Of a stretch of DNA of 64,000 nt, positions 58,663-64,000 are shown piece by piece; within the stretch, counting starts at the first letter, position 1; each line of letters opens with the position of its first letter. This stretch comes from an uncultured virus (IMG/VR IMGVR_UViG_3300047157_000163) (Duplodnaviria; Heunggongvirae; Uroviricota; Caudoviricetes; Crassvirales). The stretch is from the IMG/VR virus record IMGVR_UViG_3300047157_000163; one strand, written 5' to 3'. The notes under the pieces were generated by a model. The model ran no database searches, was not told the origin of the DNA, and worked only from the letters and a program-made list of their open reading frames with translations. A program made the translations under genes and the position numbers.

Positions 58663-60459
58663 TTATCTTAACTTTTTTCTTGTTACTTTATACTTGATAT
58701 TAGTGTCTTTTGCGGCATCGTGCATTGAGCCAAAATCAACAACTAAGCCCATTTTACTTTGCAAAAACGGAGCTTTGTTTGGATGACCCGACGCTGTTAA
58801 CTTAACCCTTAACTGTGTTCCCGTTGTAGAAAACACATGCGCTTCTCCTGAGTCTTTATCATAAGTTTCCCAGTTTGTACCGTTATTATTACTTACATAA
58901 ACAGATAGTCCACAATTAGAAGGTATAACAAAATCACTTAAGCCACCAACAAAAACCATGTCCACCTTAGCACTATTGTCTAAAGTAAATGTACCAAAAA
59001 CAACTTCCCAATTACCACATAGCTGCGTTGGATTTGTAGCCTCCGACCATATTCTAAAACTATGACCATCGCCACCATACCCCATGCGAATCCAATACTT
59101 AGTGCCATTTGCGGACGACATTAAAACAGGGTTTACTCCATAATCTGATTGCCAACTTCTTCCTCTTGCGCTACCGCCATATACGCTTGATGTGTCTTCT
59201 TGATAATTACTTAACGTTCTTACATTATATATTTTAAATGTGCTAAGATCTAAAAATCCTCCATCTACTTTTCCATACCCCCTGTCACCTGACATAGGGA
59301 CCCATTCTCCTGCATACCCCGGCATTTTATCCATAGGCGTTCCTGAAGTCTTTTGAAATTTTGTTCCAAACCTAGCAATACTATTAAGATCAATGCCATT
59401 TTCATAATTTCTTATGTAAAACCTATCTGTAACATAAGGTGCACTACCACTAAAACAATTAGTGTAATCCACCTTTAGTACATAGTCATATCCTGGAATT
59501 ATCACAACGTTTGGTTCGCTAGCAGGATCCGGCACAAATAAACCGGACTCTCTACAGTAACCATTTTGTGTGTAGTCAGAATTACTTCCTGCTACTGTAT
59601 CTTCAAGATCACAGTATAATGTTTCTGGCGTGCTTGTAGAAGCGTCAAGTATTACAGTAAAAGCGCCATTGCCTTCGTAATCTAAATAGTAAACTCTATC
59701 ATTTACTTCGTCATATGATAAAAATGCCCTGTAGCCATTTCTGTCGTTAGCCGCTGATCCACTATATCTATCTGACCCTGCACCGTCTAAAAACTCTTGG
59801 GTACCTGTAGACAAATTTCTTCTAGGAAATTTTTTATAATGTCTACCACCATCATGCTCTGAAGCATATACCCAATTTCCAGCGGCTACTAATCCGCCTG
59901 CATACCAATAACCAACTCTTCTTACGTATCCATTTGACCTAGAATTAGTCCCTGACGGATCAATAAAATCTGTAGGGTTTGTATGTGAAGGTCTGGCTTC
60001 TCTAATTACCTCACCACTATTAGTAGTGCCGTCTTTAGCTCCTCTGTAATCAAATATAGAATAGCCATAAACGTTGTAACTCATTACGACCGCCTTGCCC
60101 GCGCTCTTAGCCATCGCTACGGATTGCATGTGATTATACGTGCTTGTTGTATCTCTATATAAAGCATAGTTGTCATGATATAGCTTTGTCATAGAACCAT
60201 CATTATTAAGTCTTCTAAACGCTACACCATCGCCCCAACCTGCTGTCATTAATATATCTCCATCTATATCATATCCATTGTGAAAGCCAATAACTCTATC
60301 TCCACCGTCATAAGCACCGCTTCCGGAAGACACAATAGTATTACCCGAACCTCCTTTTTGAACAGGACCAATAGTATAATTATCAAACTCATACATACCC
60401 GCGCCGGTTATGCTGATAATATTACTTCTTGTGATTTTCGTGTTTTTAAACTTACCCAT
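58663..60459 (-). CDS. beta-rich tail/receptor-binding protein
   Basis: 598 aa, propeller-like composition, Asp-box SNNNGTNW. Confidence 0.6.
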   Translation of the reverse strand: MGKFKNTKITRSNIISITGAGMYEFDNYTIGPVQKGGSGNTIVSSGSGAYDGGDRVIGFHNGYDIDGDILMTAGWGDGVAFRRLNNDGSMTKLYHDNYALYRDTTSTYNHMQSVAMAKSAGKAVVMSYNVYGYSIFDYRGAKDGTTNSGEVIREARPSHTNPTDFIDPSGTNSRSNGYVRRVGYWYAGGLVAAGNWVYASEHDGGRHYKKFPRRNLSTGTQEFLDGAGSDRYSGSAANDRNGYRAFLSYDEVNDRVYYLDYEGNGAFTVILDASTSTPETLYCDLEDTVAGSNSDYTQNGYCRESGLFVPDPASEPNVVIIPGYDYVLKVDYTNCFSGSAPYVTDRFYIRNYENGIDLNSIARFGTKFQKTSGTPMDKMPGYAGEWVPMSGDRGYGKVDGGFLDLSTFKIYNVRTLSNYQEDTSSVYGGSARGRSWQSDYGVNPVLMSSANGTKYWIRMGYGGDGHSFRIWSEATNPTQLCGNWEVVFGTFTLDNSAKVDMVFVGGLSDFVIPSNCGLSVYVSNNNGTNWETYDKDSGEAHVFSTTGTQLRVKLTASGHPNKAPFLQSKMGLVVDFGSMHDAAKDTNIKYKVTRKKLR

Positions 60460-60613
60460 TTAATTCATCTAGTTTTTTTTGTGCCTCTTCTTTGCCGTCT
60501 ATTAAAATTTTCATCAAAAAAGAGTCAGGGCTGCCAATAGCCTCTTCAGCTTCAATATCTTTATTTCTTTGGTTTATAACCCAATTCCAGTGTGTGCTAT
60601 TGTTGCCTTTCAT
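60452..60613 (-). CDS. small protein (53 aa)
   Basis: MKGNNSTHWNW...; fills the gap with overlaps. Confidence 0.55.
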   Translation of the reverse strand: MKGNNSTHWNWVINQRNKDIEAEEAIGSPDSFLMKILIDGKEEAQKKLDELNG

Positions 60614-62970
60614 TATACGACTGTTGTTTCAACCCAAAACTTATGGAAGTTATTATTATCATTACCACTTATCGGATACATGTAGCTGTAGTTGTTGCCT
60701 GAGTATATTAAAGTAGCACTGCTTCTAGCTAAGCTTGACTCTGTAGCATGCTCGTGTTTGTAAACATTATAAGCGGTTACGAATCTTGCGTTTGCACTTG
60801 GTGCGTCCCATTGAACGTAGAAAGCTGTATTTAAATTTACAACGCTCATGTTAGTAGGCTCAAGCGGAGAGGTTACAGAGTAAGATATACTTCCTGTTAA
60901 ATCAGCAGATATAATACCGTTTTTAATAGCATACACCCTGTAAGCCTGTGTTCCTGTAGCATCAAAAGCATTGTCTATAATACTCATTGTAGCACCAAAA
61001 TCGTCTGGTGCAATCATGGATATAAGACTATAGTCTCCTCCAGCAACGGAACTAAACACAAAATATGAGTCTATCCCAGAAGTTGCAGAGGCTGTAAATG
61101 TTACATTAACAGTGTCATTAACAACACTTAAAGATAAATTTGTTGGAGCAGCGGGAGCGGAATCTACAACGTATGTACTGTTAGAATCAAACTTAGTTGT
61201 GCCGCCAGCAACAAGTCTAATCCTGTCTGCGGTAAATCTTATATGAGTATTTGTGTCTCCATCGTGGACAACGTATTCTGGAACATTAATATCACCACCT
61301 GTGGTTACATCACCTGCAAAAGTTGTTGAACCATCTGTGTTTATGGTTATTCTAGGTGTATAACTACCACCACCCATAAATTCTACCGCTCCAGCATAAC
61401 TCCAACCATATTGTAATTTATTACTACTTGCTCTTGCTATAGTTCTTACAGTACCACCAGAATCTAATGTTCTTAACTCACCGCCATAAGGAAGTTCAAT
61501 ATGAGCACTTGGAACTATTTTACCTGCAAAAGTTGCGTTATGGTTAGCGTCTATAACTATACTATTGCCAGCCACCGTAGCGACTCTACCAATAGCAAAA
61601 TTAGTTCCCTCTGCTACTAAGTAACCATTTGTATCATTATCTCCTATTTGTACAAAAGCTCTGTTTGTCCTAGACATAAACTTAGCCACAGCACTTGCAC
61701 CACCTTCGTGATTAACAACTAATTGTGCAGTAGCCCCAGATGTTAAAGCCCCAGCAGTAACATCCCCTGCAAAAGTTGAATTACCACTCTCAATAGATAT
61801 AGCGGGAGTTGAACCGTTACCGTCTGCGTAAATACTAGTTACTGTACCGTTATCATGAAAAGCACCTCTAAAAGTACCTGATGCATTATGTAAATAATAC
61901 CCACCAGCAGCAGTATCTAACCTAACTTGGCTACCAACTACGTGTAGTTTTTGGGCAGGACTCGCAGTCCCGACACCTAACTTTCCGTCAGACTTCATAG
62001 TTATTTTAGTGCTGGCTCCATAGCCAAACGCTAAATCTGTTGTACCATAAGCAGATATATTAAAATAATCACCACCTGCAAAGTCTCCGTTTGACCCGTC
62101 TAACCAAATAGTTGCACCATCACTATACTCATTAAATGCAATAGCGGAGCTTCCGTCTTTTGCTCCAAAACTACCACTTACATCTAGTTTGTAACCTGGA
62201 GTAGTAGTCCCGATACCTACGTTGCCCCCAGACCTTAATGTCATTATATCTGACATGCCTGTATTACCAGCGCTATTAGCTAACTGAAATCTTAAATCAG
62301 CTATCCCATGGGCAGATGATTCTCCAGTTGTGTTTGGCCCTGGGGTAACCAGGTTGGCTTTAAAGTATTGTTTGTTTAATCCACCGTAGTCATCAACAGT
62401 TCTACTACTCCTACCCGTAAACATTGTATAGGTAGAATTAGAGACTATATTATTGGAAGAGTTTATTTTACCTACAACGTGTAGTTTTTCTAAAGGAGCC
62501 GTAGTCCCAATACCAACGTTGCCTGTACTTAACACACTTATTCTTTCAGTTGGTGATGCTGAAGAATTATTCCCAGTTCTTATGTGAATATTACCTTGAT
62601 TGTTATCAAAATTGGTATTCTCATTATTAGCTTGAATTGTGTTTAATACACCACCTGGAGTGAATAAAAATCCGTCTCTATCATTATCTGAATAATAAGG
62701 GCCTATTCTTAGATTTCCATTAACGTGTAAAAGTTGATTTGGGCTAGTCGTCCCAATACCTACGTTGCCACCACTTGCAATAAACATTTTAGTGGTTAAT
62801 GCGGATCCTGTATATGTTTGAAGCGAAAGTGAGTAATTAGTTACTTGACCTTCTATAATGCGAGCATCACCATTAGCCCAGTCTATCTGCCCACCGCTTG
62901 GTAAATTAACCTCACTATTAAAAGTAGCATTTCCGGAGGCTGATAAGTCGCCTAATAATTTTACTGCCAT
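60613..62970 (-). CDS. tail fibre protein with GNVGIGTT repeats and C-terminal FN3-like domains
   Basis: four GNVGIGT-type repeats; APTNLS and EPTNMS FN3-like starts. Confidence 0.8.
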   Translation of the reverse strand: MAVKLLGDLSASGNATFNSEVNLPSGGQIDWANGDARIIEGQVTNYSLSLQTYTGSALTTKMFIASGGNVGIGTTSPNQLLHVNGNLRIGPYYSDNDRDGFLFTPGGVLNTIQANNENTNFDNNQGNIHIRTGNNSSASPTERISVLSTGNVGIGTTAPLEKLHVVGKINSSNNIVSNSTYTMFTGRSSRTVDDYGGLNKQYFKANLVTPGPNTTGESSAHGIADLRFQLANSAGNTGMSDIMTLRSGGNVGIGTTTPGYKLDVSGSFGAKDGSSAIAFNEYSDGATIWLDGSNGDFAGGDYFNISAYGTTDLAFGYGASTKITMKSDGKLGVGTASPAQKLHVVGSQVRLDTAAGGYYLHNASGTFRGAFHDNGTVTSIYADGNGSTPAISIESGNSTFAGDVTAGALTSGATAQLVVNHEGGASAVAKFMSRTNRAFVQIGDNDTNGYLVAEGTNFAIGRVATVAGNSIVIDANHNATFAGKIVPSAHIELPYGGELRTLDSGGTVRTIARASSNKLQYGWSYAGAVEFMGGGSYTPRITINTDGSTTFAGDVTTGGDINVPEYVVHDGDTNTHIRFTADRIRLVAGGTTKFDSNSTYVVDSAPAAPTNLSLSVVNDTVNVTFTASATSGIDSYFVFSSVAGGDYSLISMIAPDDFGATMSIIDNAFDATGTQAYRVYAIKNGIISADLTGSISYSVTSPLEPTNMSVVNLNTAFYVQWDAPSANARFVTAYNVYKHEHATESSLARSSATLIYSGNNYSYMYPISGNDNNNFHKFWVETTVV

Positions 62971-62985
62971 ATTATATTAATTAAT

Positions 62986-63022
62986 AAAGGGGAAGGAAGA
63001 CCAAACTCCCTCCCCCTCTTTT
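62986..63022 (-). terminator. intrinsic terminator
   Basis: GGGGAGGGAG...TTCCTTCCCC stem then T tract on the - strand. Confidence 0.7.
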
Positions 63023-63051
63023 ATTATTACACTAATTTAAGTATAATTAGC

Positions 63052-63999
63052 TTAAGTAGCCAATGCACCAACCGCAATAACAGTGTATGTTGCATCTGGA
63101 GCGTTAATTGTTATTGTCATGTCGCCAGAAGTAACTGTTTGACGTATGTCAACTAATACCAACTGTTTGGTTTCATCATACACCTGAACATTAGCAGGAA
63201 ATACTAAACCGTGGGTGGATTTTGCAATAGTAGCTGTACCTGAAGATGTTGTAACTTCTCCTGCGTATGCTGCTGGCTTGGAGTTAAGCTGCGTTTGAAT
63301 TGCAGATGTAACCCCGTCTAAATACCCTATTTCTGTTTTAGTAACCGCTGAAGTAGCAACTTTACCATTAGTGTCGGATACTAGTGCTCTATTAGCTGTT
63401 AAATCAGAACCTGTAATTGTAGTAGCAGCACCAGTGATTGTTGCTTGCTTGCCGTTGATTTGAGTCTGTATAGCCGAAGTAACCCCGTCAACGTAGTTAA
63501 GTTCCGTACCACTAGCTGTTACCGTCGTGCCCTCGTAGTTTAAGCCGCTAGCGGGAAGTACTAAACTTGTTAAGTCCGCTGCTCCAAATTTGACGGCAGC
63601 AAGAGTACCACCCATAACTTCTTGCTCATTGGTAACATCAACGAGTGCTGTAAACTCACGCGCTGAATCGTCATAACCAAAGAAACCAACGCGTGCTGCA
63701 CTATTATCGTAGTAACGGAATTCAATACCACGGTCTTTGTTATCATCCGACGATGGCGCAGTAGCACCCCCAAGAGTAATTATAGGATCAGTAACAGAAA
63801 TTGTAGTAGAATTAACAGTAGTAGTTGTACCACTTACCATTAAATTACCATCTACAATAACATCACCAGTAACCTGTACGTTAGGTGTATTTGTGCTGCT
63901 ACCAATAACTATAGCTGTTGAACCTGAGCCGTGTACGTTTACAGCATGTGTAGTATCTAAAGCTGCAAGTGTAGCCGTTAAGTTTGTTCCTGATACACT
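63052..63999 (-). CDS. tail fibre/structural protein, 5' end outside window
   Basis: frame open to the window edge; DDNKDRGIEF; repeated LxYxDGVTSAIQTQ. Confidence 0.75.
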   Translation of the reverse strand, partial: SVSGTNLTATLAALDTTHAVNVHGSGSTAIVIGSSTNTPNVQVTGDVIVDGNLMVSGTTTTVNSTTISVTDPIITLGGATAPSSDDNKDRGIEFRYYDNSAARVGFFGYDDSAREFTALVDVTNEQEVMGGTLAAVKFGAADLTSLVLPASGLNYEGTTVTASGTELNYVDGVTSAIQTQINGKQATITGAATTITGSDLTANRALVSDTNGKVATSAVTKTEIGYLDGVTSAIQTQLNSKPAAYAGEVTTSSGTATIAKSTHGLVFPANVQVYDETKQLVLVDIRQTVTSGDMTITINAPDATYTVIAVGALAT

Positions 64000-64000
64000 G

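Noticed and set aside
54949..64000. diversity-generating retroelement in the tail fibre region
   Set aside because: No reverse transcriptase and no near-identical template/variable repeat pair with A-specific mismatches seen
1..64000. alternative genetic code
   Set aside because: Long genes are intact and densely packed under the standard bacterial code

Overview
The window is most of a circularly permuted, lytic, podovirus-type phage genome. The host is probably Bacteroidota/Flavobacteriia, inferred from A-rich leaders without Shine-Dalgarno sites and from a gene content that, from memory and unverified, resembles marine GroEL-encoding flavophages. It has two arms. The + strand arm (~1270-18284) holds an early region of small genes, each cassette headed by one of 14 copies of a 43-bp non-host promoter-like element, followed by a DnaA-domain-IV-like protein, a DenV-like glycosylase, an HTH protein, a sigma factor, ERF, an exonuclease, SSB, primase-helicase, ThyA, MazG-like proteins and a resolvase. 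No DNA polymerase is recognisable. The - strand arm (64000->18320, and 783->1) holds tail fibres, holin, GroEL/GroES (in a 3007-bp tandem duplication), terminase, portal, scaffold, major capsid, tail and ejection proteins, a 2792-aa polyvalent protein, and an endolysin/membrane/beta-barrel cluster. The best candidate for an undescribed system is the giant virion protein. It carries an HExxH protease, a sigma-70 region-2-like segment and a zeta-type kinase separated by repeated (V/I)K(F/L/Y)(S/K) linkers, and could deliver a sigma-like factor that reads the early promoter array. The presumed genome-end/origin region (840-3620) carries three further DNA motif families: 45-bp palindromes, GCTATAC boxes and polarity-flipping GGTC/GACC. 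Several homopolymer frameshifts suggest residual sequencing error. All calls are by-eye motif recognition; no database searches were run.
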